Origin: Chrysomallon squamiferum
Taxonomy: Eukaryota > Animalia > Mollusca
Direction of reading: 5' to 3'
Assembly: GCA_012295275.1 (NCBI GenBank)
Contig: CM022670.1
Span: 9,610,001-9,674,000, forward strand
Length of the DNA: 64,000 nucleotides
Shown: positions 15,250 to 35,624 of the stretch, in pieces
Position numbering within the stretch: position 1 is the stretch's first letter
Layout of the letters: each line of letters opens with the position of its first letter
Notes under the pieces: model-generated
What the model was told of the DNA's origin: nothing
The model's input: the letters and a program-made list of their open reading frames with translations, nothing else
Databases searched by the model: none
Made by a program: the position numbers and the translations under genes

Positions 15250-15761
15250 CTATTTCGTATGACCTAGATTGAATTTGTGTCAGTGAATGTATTAAGACAT
15301 TTCAATAGTACACCACACCTTGAGCGTTGGTAACACTACATTCACAGGTTTTTGTGTCAGTGGGATATATTTTACATTCATAAGCACAGACAGACAAAGA
15401 GATATATACAAAGGCTCAAACATACATACACATACTTATGTTTGTATGCTTTTTGGTATAATACACACACACACACACACATATTTATACACACATGCAA
15501 GCATACATACGAAGGTACACACACGTACTTACATATACACACCAGACACTGATGTATACACATTAACTGATTTATAAAAGACACACATTACCTCTAAGAT
15601 CACCAATACCATCACCGTCAGAATCTTTGAACGAAAGCGGATAAATTTGTCGTCACAGATTTCTGTTGATAAAAAAACCCTAAGACAACAGCGACTGTCA
15701 AAACTGCTACTGCAGTAGACGCAAGTAAAACGGTTGTATTATTTCTTTTAGCTTCTCCCAT
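8242..15761 (-). pseudogene. GH13 alpha-glucosidase/maltase (SLC3A1/rBAT-like, N-terminal hydrophobic anchor), frameshifted; probable pseudogene
   Basis: Ten exons with GT-AG sites: 15592-15761, 14305-14484, 13636-13793, 13130-13255, 12388-12513, 12078-12189, 10415-10598, 9874-10059, 9120-9254, 8242-8760. Motifs [56 protein letters not shown] (nucleophile D), VIETY (acid/base E), LGNHD, YYGEEIGM, SRDACRSPMQW. Frameshifts in exon 1 (TGA at 15618-15620) and exon 6 (TGA at 12109-12111). Confidence 0.85.
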
Positions 15762-16318
15762 TTTAAAATTCGCTTGTCGATGTGGCCTGGATCAGGAAGA
15801 TGTTGGTGACCTTTTCAGGTCAGTACGAGCATATCAGGAGCTAAGTCAAACAAAAGTCTGTGTGTTGGGGGGGGGGCATCCAGGGGAGTTTACTCTTGTC
15901 ATTGATTCCTTCCCGGTATGACCTTGAACTTCCGGATATTTAATATACAGAACTTGATTGCGAGAATGATATGGTATATTTGATAATACTGCTGTATGTT
16001 TAATATACCGTGTATGTTTAATGGCTCTTTTAAAACACGTCTCTTAATTCAACAAATGATAATACAATACTACGTCAATAATTTTTCTTTAACCAATTTT
16101 TTTTTTTTTTTTTCCTTGACTTCCCTAATAAAATATGCTTAAATCCATTACTACCATGTGTTTTCCTTTCAGGAGCTTATAAAATTTATCTGACAGTTCA
16201 TGAAAAAAGCAATAGTATAAGCAGTAGTATTAGTAGTAATGTTAATTGTAGTAATATTAGTAATACAGATAGTAGTACTAGTAGAAGAAAATAGTAGAAT
16301 GGTAGCAGTAGCAGAACT

Positions 16319-16361
<43 letters not shown>

Positions 16362-16986
16362 GAGTAGTAACAGTAATAGAGCAGTGGTAGTGTAGTAGTA
16401 GTTGTAGTTGTTGTTGTAGCAGTGGTAGTATTAGTGTGAATAGTGGTAGTGGTAGTAAAAGTAATATTTGTAGCAGTAATCGTACTAGTAGTAGTACTAG
16501 CTGTAGTAGTAGTAACAGTAACAGCAGTAGTAATAATGCCGGTTGCGAATTTTGTTCATAAACGTTTCACTGACACGTAATAAACGCAAACATCGTGCGT
16601 CTTGAAACGAGTGTTTTGTCGTTTATGAGTGGAACTGTTTGTGTTGTGTTTTCCACTCAAGGTTTAACTCTCACTACAGGTACCAGGTATAAATAGCCAG
16701 ACATCAAAATCACGCGAATAATGGTAATCAAAAGCAGTATTATTTTTCCTTTCCAGAAATCAATAAGCGAAAACAGTAGGTTTAGAACCTTTATTTCGAC
16801 ATCTGTGAAACTGGCGGCCCTCCTAATGTTTTTTTTTTTTTTTTTTTTTTTCTGGTTAATGCTTACTTACACAAATTACTTCAATGGAATTAAATGTAAT
16901 CTAGCTTCTATATAATTTCACATCAAATTAATCCTATCTGAAATCGTCATCTACACTGATGTATCGAGTGAAGATAATGTTTTCTT

Positions 16987-17900
16987 CTATTTCATCTCTT
17001 CTTCTTTCTCTCCTTCGTTCTCTGGAATAAAAGGAATAAATCGGTTTTGTTCCTGTATTACACTGAATTTAAAAAAGTAAAATAAAAATTAAAGACCCTT
17101 TGACTACTTGTCCGTGTAGGTTTGATAGATGGGGCTCTATGATAGACGTGTCTGTGCGTGTGCGTCTGTGGGTATGTCTGTATGTGCGTGTGTGTCATTT
17201 ATAAGCTGGTGTCTGTCTTAAAATTACTCCTAACTCATGATACAGGTGTACACTGATGGTGCACTTACCTGGTTTCTTCTGTCTTTGGTCAAACCAAGTG
17301 AAGACAAAAATATCCAAAATCTCAATAACAGTCAGAATGCTTCCTCCCAGACAAAGACCAATACTTCCACCAATGTCACCTTAAATAAAATTCCTAGTTT
17401 AAATAAAATGATTTGCTGAAGCGCAAGAGAAAAGAGTAGAATGTCAACACCACACTTCTGTGCATATATCCGTGAATGCACCATCCATCAGTCAGCAGAA
17501 AACCAATCACACAGACGTCGATTCATACGTACACATCACATACATATATGCATGCATATACATTTTTAATTTGATTCCACTCATTCTTTAACTTCGGTTA
17601 TTATGACACACAGACACACTCTCACACACACGCACACGCACACACACGCACACAAATCTTCGTTTAGTAAATATTATCAGTGAAGGGTGTACTTACATAT
17701 GAGTCCTTCGGCGGCATAGGCAATCGACTTTCTATACTGCATTGTACTCAGTTCCTGGAAGTAGATCTGCAGCTGTAGCTGGTTTTGTCTGCAAATAACA
17801 AACATCGTGGACTGATCTCATGACATGCAGTAATGGAAATGGAAAAGATATTACTTTATTTGACACCTTTTTAGACAGATTTTGGTAGAAGATTGTCATT

Positions 17901-17938
<38 letters not shown>

Positions 17939-18311
17939 ACGTTTTATGGTATCCTTAGTAATTTGTTTTGGGGTTAAAGATAAAAAAAGCTAAATGAAAC
18001 AGTTAAGATCAAAAATGAAACTTGGACGAAAATATCTGATCAACAAATCAATAATGTTACCTTTGTACGATATATGCATCATAAATATATATATATATAT
18101 ATATATATACATACATACATACATACATATATATATGCTAATGGATGAATATTTATATGTGTATATATGAGAGTGTGTGTGTGTATGCGTGTGTATGACT
18201 GTGTATGTGTGCATATAAGAGTGTGTATATGAGTGTGTGTATATATGTGTATATCAGTGTGTTAATGTGTATATATGAATGTGTATGTATATATATGAGT
18301 GTGTTTGTATG

Positions 18312-18403
<92 letters not shown>

Positions 18404-18761
18404 ATGTGTATTTAATGATTAGGTGTATGTCTGTAATTATGTCTATGTTTGCGTGTATCTGTGTAAATAGTGTACGTGACAAACCTGTAAAATTCTGGTA
18501 GAAGTATATCGTGCGGCTCTTCCTTGACCTCCACCAGCATTTTGTTCAGTGCAAGTCTGGAGATATTGTCAGTCTTATTACGTAATAATTCACGTTGTGT
18601 CATAAACTTTGTCTTAACAGAAAGCAGTCTCTTTTGATTGTCATACAGTCTGTCTGTGACGCTAGCGTCCAAAACCTGAAATACAAAGTGGTGTAATTTA
18701 AAAAAAATATATTTTAGATTAAAGCTATTTATTTATTTATTTGTTTGTTTGTTCATTTATT

Positions 18762-18812
<51 letters not shown>

Positions 18813-20124
18813 TTCAGATTATCATAATAATCTTCATCATTATTGTTATTACTAACGATGTCAAATAAGTAAATAACCTTTGTTATCTTTAAGTAATGTG
18901 TAATAAATAATAGAACAGGGCACTGTTATTAATGAAAAATACTAGCGTATCTACATTTGATTTACTAAAATGTACGCTAGTCACAAAAGGAAGACACTGA
19001 TTGCAAATTTATAAGCAAATTAATTTTACATGTTTCGTAAGAATAATTATTACGTACAAATTTAACATCAGTTAGAATCCTCTCGGTTTAAGCTCGGTTT
19101 AACAAAAATATATATTCACCTGCAGATGTTTAAGTTGCTGTATGATGACACTAGAATAGTTGAAAGCGATATTAATTTTAGTTTCAAAAGAAAGTAGTTT
19201 CATCTTCTGGAAATCAAGTACAATGGACAAGTCCTTCATACTGGATCTGTCTATTAAATCAGCTGCCAGCATAGCTTCAGGTACCCAAGACACATTATAC
19301 CTTGTCCATTCCAATTTCTGAGCTTGCAATGACATTATGCTTTCTGGATACTGCAATAAGTAGCTGGCCAGGTTTAAGGCGTTGGTCATAAACGACTCTC
19401 TCTGATGACCGTCGAGTCGGTTTTGCTCGGTGATTTCCGACTCTACGATGTCTTGGATCTGATTTTTCGCCACCATGTCTAGAAGATAGAAAAAGTCAGT
19501 CTGGTAGTCTTTGACAGCTTCCTGGAAGCTTCTAGCTGTGTCGCGCATCTTGATCAAGCGTTCAGCTATCTCGCTCAATTCGTCCGTGATAGCGGGGTGC
19601 AGCCTGTTCAACATGCCCCAGACCGCAATTTTACCAGCACTGTTGACTGCCGACGTGTCAGCTTTCTCGTTCGTGATTGCCATGTCCTTCAGCGTCTGCT
19701 TCGACATTTTTGCTTGCGAAGTAATTTCCTTGTAGCGCACCGTAGAACAAGGCGACGGACAGTCGCACTTTGCTGCAATTCCCCTCGAGTAGAACAACTC
19801 TGTGGTTATAAATGCATCTTGTAAAACAGTCATCAGAAAGAAAAATCAGACAAAAATCATCGATGGCGTTATCTGTCCCTTTGTGTTTCTGTCTGAATGT
19901 GTATGAGAATAGATATATATATATATCTGCGTGTGTCCCGTAAGTACGTGCGTGCGTGTGTATTTTTTTTATTTCGATTTATTTAAAAGCCTAATAAATA
20001 AACGAGACACAATGGTACATACCTACATTTGGCTTAACGCACTTAATATTCTGGAGAAAAGTGCACACAGGTGTATTATTATTATCTGCAAAAAACAACA
20101 ACAAGAACAAGAATAATAATAATC

Positions 20125-20181
<57 letters not shown>

Positions 20182-21567
20182 GTAATAATGAGGATAAAGA
20201 CGACGTCACCAAAAACACAATCAGCAATTAATGAATAAAACAGATAGACAGATTATACAGACAGATAGATACAGATGTTTATACTGATATTGATATTTGT
20301 AACTCACTTGACATATACAGCTGTATGCAGCCACAGTTAGCCTTTACATACGACGACAGACAACTGATTCGACACTTCAAAGACGTGTACGTTGTGCCGG
20401 GAAAATACTCTAATTTTCTACTGCTACACTGGCCGTAGGGTGCAGGGAGGTCGAATATCTTGAATAATAAATAAGAATTACTATATACATATATACACAC
20501 AAACAAACACACATACACACAGATATATATATAGCAGTAGCAGTAGCAGAAACAACAGTAGTAATAATAGTAGTGGAAGTAGTAGCAGCAGTAATAGTAG
20601 TTGTAGTAGTAATAGTAGTAGAGTAGTAAAAGTAGCAGCAGTAGCAACAGCAGTAATAGTAGTTATATTAGTAGTTCTAGTAGTAGTAGGTGGTAGTAGT
20701 TGTAGTAGGTGTTGCAGTAGCAGAAGCAACATTTCTAGTACTAGCAATAGCAGTAGTAGTAGCAGTAGTAACAACAGCAGTAATTGTAGGTGTAGTAATA
20801 GAAGCAGTAATAGTTATGAAGTAGTAGCTGTAGTAGTAGTAGTAGTAGTAGCAATAGCAGTAGTAGTAGTGGTAGTAGTAATAGCAGTAACTGTTGCAGT
20901 AATAGTTATGATGGTAGTAGCAGAAGCAACAGTTGTAGTAATAATAGTAGTAGTAGTAGTTGCAGAAGCAACAGTTCTAGTAGTAGTAGCAGATGCAGTA
21001 ATATTAGTAGAAGAAGCAACAGTAGAAGTAATAATATTAGTAGTAGTAGTTGCAGAAGCAACAGCTGTAGTAGTAGCAGTAGCAGATGCAGTAATATTAG
21101 TGGAAGAAGCAACAGTAGAAGCAATATAAATAATAATAGAGGAAATAACCTCTTCTTTGCTGAGGGATATCGACGTTGTCGAACCAACAGCAACAGCAGC
21201 GCCGAGTTCCTGTGTGAGCACGTCTGTTTCATTCCAGTCACTGATGACGGCTACGGCGCCTGCAGATTTTCTGGGTCCTCGCATGTAGTCGTACTGTTCC
21301 ACGTTCAACAGCAAGTCTAGACCACCTTGTTGTCCTGAAATGTGGACGTCGAAATTCCAAATGAAGAAGTAAGAAGAGAAGTCTACGTAACATAGACGTA
21401 GTTGTAATGTATTATCTTACATAATCTCCGAGTTTGTAGAATTCTGGCGGCAGTAGTAATTAAAATAAAATAATAAATAAATTAAATGAAATAAATAAAA
21501 TAAATAAATAAATAAATAAATAAATAAAGACAAAGATTAATAAATAAATAAAATAAATAAGTAACTA

Positions 21568-21609
<42 letters not shown>

Positions 21610-23222
21610 GTATAGAAACATACATAGATTAAAAAAACATTATCTCTTTCCTATTTTATTTTTGATCACAGCACTTATATAGATTGATCGTTCTCTGAAA
21701 CCCTAATTATTTCAGCACGTAAATATCTCGGAGTATTCCCTATGTCGCACTCACTTTTTATTTCATTTATTTATTTATTAAAGCTATGAATTATGGATCT
21801 ATGTATGTCGGAGACTGTGGGTTTTTTCCTTATAAAATAATTTCCTTGAAAAATTACCCCTTTCAGTTCATTTCTGGATCCCAAAGAATGATGTGTAAAG
21901 TTAAAGGTTCGAAAACAGTCTACCTTGAAATAGTTACCATTACTGATCAGCTATCACTTTTCCAAAACCAATGTAATTAAACTAATATTTCATCGAAATT
22001 CGAAAATCCAAAACGTTTCTGATTAGAGTTAAAAAAAAAAAAAAAAGATAGTCCGTCTGAATAAAACGTGACTCTGAATAAAACGTACAGTCATTATTAA
22101 AATTTACTCCATATAATTTAATCATTTATTTTTCGTCTCTTGAGACTGAATAGACGCTTGGTCTGTTTTTCTGAAGTTTTATTTTACCTGAAATATCGAC
22201 AAAGCTGTCGTGTTGTTCTGGGTGGAACTGATAACAGACTCCAAGATCAGTCATCACCGTGATGAAGTTTTCTGGTCCGCATGTTTTGCCTTTCCACTTA
22301 CACCTGCAAATAAATGAGCATGTCTGGATGTTCACACAGACACACAAACACATACATACTCATACATAAATGTGCACACATTCACATGCATCTCACACAC
22401 ACACTCAAGAGCACGCGCGTTCTTATGCATACATATATAATACGTACATATATACGTGTATGTGCGTGTGTGTGAGTGCGCGAGGGCATTAAATTCTTAG
22501 CGAACAATCAATAATACGTCCTTTTTTTTTCATGTTCAGCACATAATATAACAATTGTTTTTAAGGGAATATTAGTATATATTAATATTAAAAAAATAAT
22601 GACGAATGTTTGATTATAATAATGTGCATAGAACATTAAAACATTTCATCTGTTTTTATGAACAGTATTGAGTGAATTTAAAAGACATATGGCAACCGTC
22701 ATATTAAAATACGACTGAGCAAAACCAGTTGCAAAATAATGAGATTTTCAAATAAAAATTGAGTTTACTTCTGAATTAACGTAGATTTTTGGTGTGCCGC
22801 TTTCAAGTACAAAGATCGTATATCTGCATTTTCAAGCAGGTCACCATATTTACTGATGACGTCATCAACAAACGTCTTGTTCTCGCCATGTTGGTCCAGA
22901 AGAACTTGGTGGTATTTGTCAACAGCTTCGTACAAAGTCGGGGATTTCCGTGGTGGTGTTGACTCCTTGAAGACGACGCTAGATCTAACAATGACGAAAT
23001 TAAAATGAAAAAAGAGTTTTTGTTTTTTTATTTAATTTTATTATATAAAAATAAAGTTTTTAATTATGTGTAGAGTATTAATATTGTTAGTATCATAATT
23101 ATTTCTTTCTTTCTTTTTTTTCTTTCTGCTTCTTCTAAGTAGTAGTTTGTAAAACTTATGGTAGTTATAGCTGTGATAGTAATAGTTGTAGTTATAGCTG
23201 TGATAGTAATAGTTGTAGTAAC

Positions 23223-23278
<56 letters not shown>

Positions 23279-24057
23279 AAATGGTAATAACTTTAATAGC
23301 TTTACACATCAGCTTTATTATCATACATTTTTCTTCGATCCTATTGTTAAATACATGATGTAGAAGAAGTAGAAATAACCAGAGAAGAAAAACTGGTGAT
23401 AATGGTGGTAGTAGCAGTAGTAGAACAGTAATAATAGTAGTAGTAGTAGAACAGTGGTAATAGTAGTAGTAGTAATAGTAGTAGTAGAGTAGTAATTGTT
23501 GTAGTATAGTAGAAACAGCAGTAGCAGTGGTAATAGTAGTATTTTAACAGTGTTAGTGGTAGTAGTAGTAATTGTTGTAGTAGCAGTTATTATGACGATA
23601 GTAGTCGCTGTTAATGTTGCTTCTGTAGAAGTATTATCTGTAACAACGATGGTATTACGAACAAAGGTAATTTGAGAAAAACTTAATTTTAAATTTTACA
23701 AAACTCAAGACGTCCAAATTACTTTTAAATTTAACAAAACTGAAGCAAACAAATTACTTTTAAATTTAACAAAACTGAAGCAAACAAATTACTTTTACAT
23801 TTAACTACAATTTGCACTGGTGGTGACGTCCACAAAGCCACTGTGTGTTTACCTCAACACGTTCTGATTGCAGACGGTTACTTTGGGAAAACGGAGTTTT
23901 TCTTTGAACTTCACTTCAGTGGTTATGGTTGACGGATACTGAAGGAAATACCTGACTCGGTCTTGTATGTTCCACAGCATCCATGCACTGGCCGTCATAA
24001 TTACGATAAGCCAGGTGATCCTGGAATAGAAATACTATTTGTGTGTGTTGGTGTGTA

Positions 24058-24088
<31 letters not shown>

Positions 24089-24812
24089 TTATATATGCGT
24101 ATGTGTATGTGTATATATGTGCGTATGTGTATCTGTATATATATATGTGTGTATGTGTATATATGTGTGAGTGTGTGTATGTGTATATATATGTGTGTGT
24201 GCGTGTGTGTGTATGTGTGTCTGTGTATCTTCGTATGTATGTTTGCATGCATCTATGTATGTACAAGAGATTAAAAAAAGGAGACAAGAAAATCACATAT
24301 AAATTTTCTATAATTATAATATATAATTCTTTTTCCACTGTGAAAATCTGAATAAACTGCAACTACAAAAACTAAAACAACAACAACGACAATAATCATT
24401 TACAAAACCAAAACAAATATTTTAACTGTTAATCTTAGCACAGATGAATAAAATATTTTTTTTAAACTGAATATACGTTCCACAATTATAGCTAACAATA
24501 TTCAATGAATACAAGTCATATCTGATAAATAATAAACAAAAGGAAATTTTCTTACAATATTAAACGAATAAACATCTGAAAATATTAAAATAATACGAAT
24601 AAGTTCTCATAAAACTAAACAAATAGAAAACATGCTTGTTAATTTTAAAATTAATAAAAATTATGTCTTAATAAAACCATGACTACAAGTTACGTCAGAT
24701 AATTGTCTTACCGTCGAACTGTGGTGACGTCCGGTCCGACAACGTGACGGAATCCGGAAATACCAACGTTACTGGCAAGTTCGTGAACTGCGGATTTTTG
24801 CGACTGCACCAT
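16987..24812 (-). CDS. DEG/ENaC (ASIC-like) channel subunit C with large extracellular insertion (~708 aa, 12 coding exons)
   Basis: Phase-consistent exons 24712-24812, 23853-24020, 22769-22984, 22188-22303, 21150-21334, 20308-20458, 20023-20085, 19120-19817, 18485-18675, 17697-17788, 17269-17379, 16987-17021. Motifs FPKVTVCNQN, CKWKGKTC..GVCYQF, GLDLLLNVEQYDY, LPAPYGQC, CDCPSPC, QLQIYFQEL, TM2 DIGGSIGLCLGGSILTVIE. The last small exon is less certain. Confidence 0.9.
23685..23805. repeat. ~35-bp minisatellite, ~3.5 copies
   Basis: Unit aaatttaacaaaactgaagcaaacaaattactttt repeated in intron 2 of channel C. Confidence 0.8.
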
Positions 24813-26826
24813 ATTTAACCTCTGTTCTGAAACCTGTGTGTAAAATCCATTTTAAAGGTACCACAATGACAACGTATCACGATGAATATACTCAAAATAT
24901 CCATTGTATATATGCAATATTTGTATATTTTTTAGATTAATTATATTTAATCCTGTCTAATTTGGTTATGTTTAATCTCTCTTTTGTAATTATAATCTAG
25001 TTTAATCATAATCTAGTCTAAATCAGTCTAATTTGTTGGTATATTTGTAATCCTTAATCCTTATATATATGTATATACTTTTTATATATTATTTCATAGC
25101 GAACACTTTTATTTGGTTATTTTCTTTTGTGTAGTGCCGTAGATTACTAAATCAGAAATATCTTCTTTTCTAAACCGCAAGTCAAATGATAAATCTTAAA
25201 AAATGTGATTGAAAGTTAACAGCAAAACTAAATAAGGTAATAATCATTAGTTGCATATTGGCAAAATGATTAATGTTTTTATTAAAATCATCTCAAAATG
25301 AACGAAGCTAAAGAGAAAAAGCTGGAAATTAGACTTCATAGAACGTACTGATATTTGGGTGGCAGAGTGTGGTGAGGTGATGGGGGAGGTTGTGTTTTTA
25401 ACATTATGTAATAAAACTCGTTACCTTCAAAAACAGTGTTAGGTATCAGTTGTAGTGTCAAAACACTATGAAATGTGTTCTGCCGCATACGATAACGTCA
25501 AAAATATCTAACTTTCATTAAAACCAAATAGCAAAACTATAAAGGAGCAATTAGACACCAGGTTTACATTGATAAACGTTTTTCATCTTAAATGATATTA
25601 TTAAATACTTTATCTTCACTGGAAAAAATAAAACAAAATTAAGATGAAGATTTGCACATCAGTTCTACTCGTAAATGTTTTCTACCGCAAATTATTAAGA
25701 ATCATTTATCTCCCATGCAAATAAAGAGCAGCAGAACTATGATGAAGATTTACACATAAGTTTTGATCATAAATATTTTCTATCGAAAATTATATTAAAT
25801 TCTTTATCTTCAGTTGGAAATAAATACACGACTAGCATGAAGCTTTAGTTATCAGTTTTATACTCGAAACAAATATAAATGGTTTAAACTGTATCTTTAC
25901 CTTAAATGCAGTCAACTACAAAGGACTGCGAAGACACGTTAAACATCAGATGAGAGACCACACATTGTATTCAGAGTCAAATGGTTTACGTTTATATAGG
26001 AAGAACTGGAACGACGCGTTAAAAGCTCCATTTGTCTGAATGTTTTTTGTTTGTATTTTTCTTATACACTGTTGTTTCGTACCCTGATTCTCATCCTTGC
26101 TGTTGAGGTTCTGTTTATCCATTCGTTAGAATTGTGTTACTGCACAAACAAACCTGCTAATAACAGAGGGTCGTGTTTTGATGTGCATGATATACAAACC
26201 AGTCATATTTGTTAAGTCGATAATGATTCTATACCGTGTGGGTGAAATATTAGATTTTAAATGGTTTGATTTGGGTTCGGTTACGTTTTGGACAGGAAAG
26301 AGAGAAGGATAAGAATCGTCGTTTTGTTTGGTTAGATATGTTTCACTGAAAAACAATGGAATTTTTTAAGTATTAAATATATATATATATATATATATAT
26401 TACAACAGACCAAAGAACAAAACATTTTTGATCACCAAACCATGTTTATATATCATGTTTTGTTGTATTTTCCATCTAATGCTCAAAATCAAATAGGTCT
26501 TGTCTGTGGTTAATAAACTGGTTTTAAAATTATATTTGGGAAACTAAAGGAAAGCTGCACCATTAACAAGAAATTTCAAAGTACGATATTGTGTGACAGT
26601 GGAAGATTTGAGGAAGTTTAGGTATTTTCCTGTATTCGAGTTTCTTCAATACTTTTACAAACTGATTTTGTTTGCCAGTTTTATTCATGGCAAAACTACC
26701 ATAAATGTAAGTGTATATGTCTGCATGTATGTACGTGTATGTATGTACATATGTATATATTATGTGTGTATATATGTATGCATATATAAAGTTATTGTTG
26801 CTTGTCTATATGTGTATATATGTATG

Positions 26827-26860
<34 letters not shown>

Positions 26861-27310
26861 TGTATGTATGTATACACCCAGACACATATACATCTATAGG
26901 TATTATTTTATTTATATGTGTATGAAACAGGTAATAAAGCAAACACGTTCAAAATAGTTTATTTCTGTTTTAATTTTCAACCTAACTATATCTTTTGTGC
27001 GTCCAGATAATAGATATATATTTGTGAGTTTCAAAAACAGCTTACATTGCGAAGCTGTAATACCACAAACAGTGCGGCGAGACTGTAACCAGACGTTTGA
27101 TTTATTCTGCAATCCTAAATAATTTTAACGGTTTGATTTCTCAGCAGTAGTAGATTCACGCCTACAGATTTCGTTTTGTAAAACAAAAACTTTACATCAG
27201 AATAAAATAGCTCTTATCAGTTTATCTCTTCTGTCCCAAGCAGCTATATTTTTGGTAGGTGACCGAAGATATATAAATTTATATAGCCATCAAGTCTTTT
27301 ATCGTATATC

Positions 27311-27471
<161 letters not shown>

Positions 27472-28247
27472 TAACCTGATACACGAAAACAGAAATCCAG
27501 GATTATTTCCAATCCCCTTCCACATCCTCATTAAGAATATTTTCATTTATAATTTCTTTTTTCCCGTCCTGAACGATTTCAGACCCGTTATTAATTTCAT
27601 ATAGCTTTTTAAACTTTGTGTATTTAACATAACAAACAGAAGCTGAAATTTCGTTAGACAAACAAGATTTTTATTGACAAAAGTATTGTCATTTATTTAC
27701 AAGGTTACAAATATTTGGTTATTAATACATGCACAGACACAAATATTATACATCAAAGCACTGCAGTCAGAAATCTTAACAATACATGTGTACTTTAAAT
27801 CTCTAAAAAAAAAAAAAAGTTCACGTTTTAATAATGAACTTTATCGTCAATGGAACGATTTTCTGAGAAAACAAATTGTTCATAGAAACAGACTGTAAAA
27901 ATAAAACAGATGATAAAATAGCATTTCACATCAAATTTATATCCTTCGTGTAATAATTTTAATATCACATATATCTGCAGCTTAGGACAACTATTTATAT
28001 AATTATACGAAATGGAAGTTCATTTGTAAATACTACATCCGTTTACATATAAAAAGGTAGTTTCACATTTTGTTACAATGTCAGTGATTGGATATCTTGT
28101 GGTCACTATTTACGTAACGATGTTACTAATTAGATATTAACGGATATTACTTTTTGTCGTGATGTTTGTGAATGGATATCTTCTGGAAACTGTCTTTGTT
28201 ACAGTTTTACTTACTGGATCGTTTTATATCACGGTTTTGTTACGACG

Positions 28248-34612
<6,365 letters not shown>

Positions 34613-35624
34613 TGTTCTCTCACAGTTCAAGAAACTGATACTCGTTTATTTGTTTGGCAACAAAATCCATAAGTGAAAATAGGTCAAAATAAAAATCGTA
34701 GTTTTATACAGATTTCAAAAAAAAAGCAAACAAACGATAGAATACTGAGTTAGTGTATACCGTGTTTTGTAGTTCTTCGGTACAACTGTTATATTTAAGC
34801 CTTCTTGGTCTTTGAATTGATTTGTTATTTACTAGCATCAAAAATATTCTCAGATATTAACTCATTTCAGATGATCCGTTTGCAAACACTGAGAAAAGTA
34901 CTCGGGAAAAAATAAGAAAAAACGTTGTTATTTGTGCATTAAAGAAACCTTCTTGCGAGTAAACGAGAACAGAAACTGCACAGTGTATACCTAACAAAGT
35001 CACAGACGATGAGTTCACATCGATCATTCCTTCAGGCTCGCAAACAGACGACTCCGATTTGAACAAAAATAAACACTTGCTAACCACGTTATTGATCAAA
35101 CGCAGTGAAGTCATTAACGACAGAAACAAAAACGGTCTTGTTTGCGGAGGCCTGGGAACAATGGTATGGTTTTATAACTCAGAAATTACTCAGTCACGTT
35201 AATTACCTAGAGGCTGTGTATCTAGTACTGATGCTAGTCATTGTCGGATGCTTCCCGTCCTTCCGGTAGGTGGATACAAAGATAATAAACACAATATGAA
35301 GCATGTTTACTGAAGTATATATATTTTTTCTTTTACAGAATTTTTTTTATTTTTTTTTTATTTTTTACTGGATTACCTGATATATATTTAAAAAAATATA
35401 TATATATATAAAAATTGGTCTCTGTATATAGTTTTTACTCTCTCTCTCTCTCTGACATTGACATTTTACTGATAACTGTTTTAATTCTCCTATTTTCTAC
35501 CAAATTAGCGGATAATCCTCAATGCCACATCCATTCTCCATTTTAACTAACTCAGAAATATAAGGTAAAAAGTATAAGTGTTTTGATTCCACCTCTAATA
35601 AAAATATATATATATATATGTATA

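Noticed and set aside
20481-21241. Thr-rich, poly-Leu and poly-Val ORFs resembling mucin or membrane proteins
   Set aside because: Translations of intronic (GTA/GCA)n microsatellites; the true exon ends at a GT donor at 21150.
22769-22991. Apparent frameshift in channel C exon 3 suggested by the ORF track
   Set aside because: Manual translation from the acceptor at 22984 is open and in phase (216 nt).
25901-26122. Candidate upstream coding exon for channel C (ATG 26122, donor 25901, in phase with exon 1)
   Set aside because: Two in-frame stops precede the donor; at most a 5' UTR exon with a 58-aa uORF, unsupported without transcripts.
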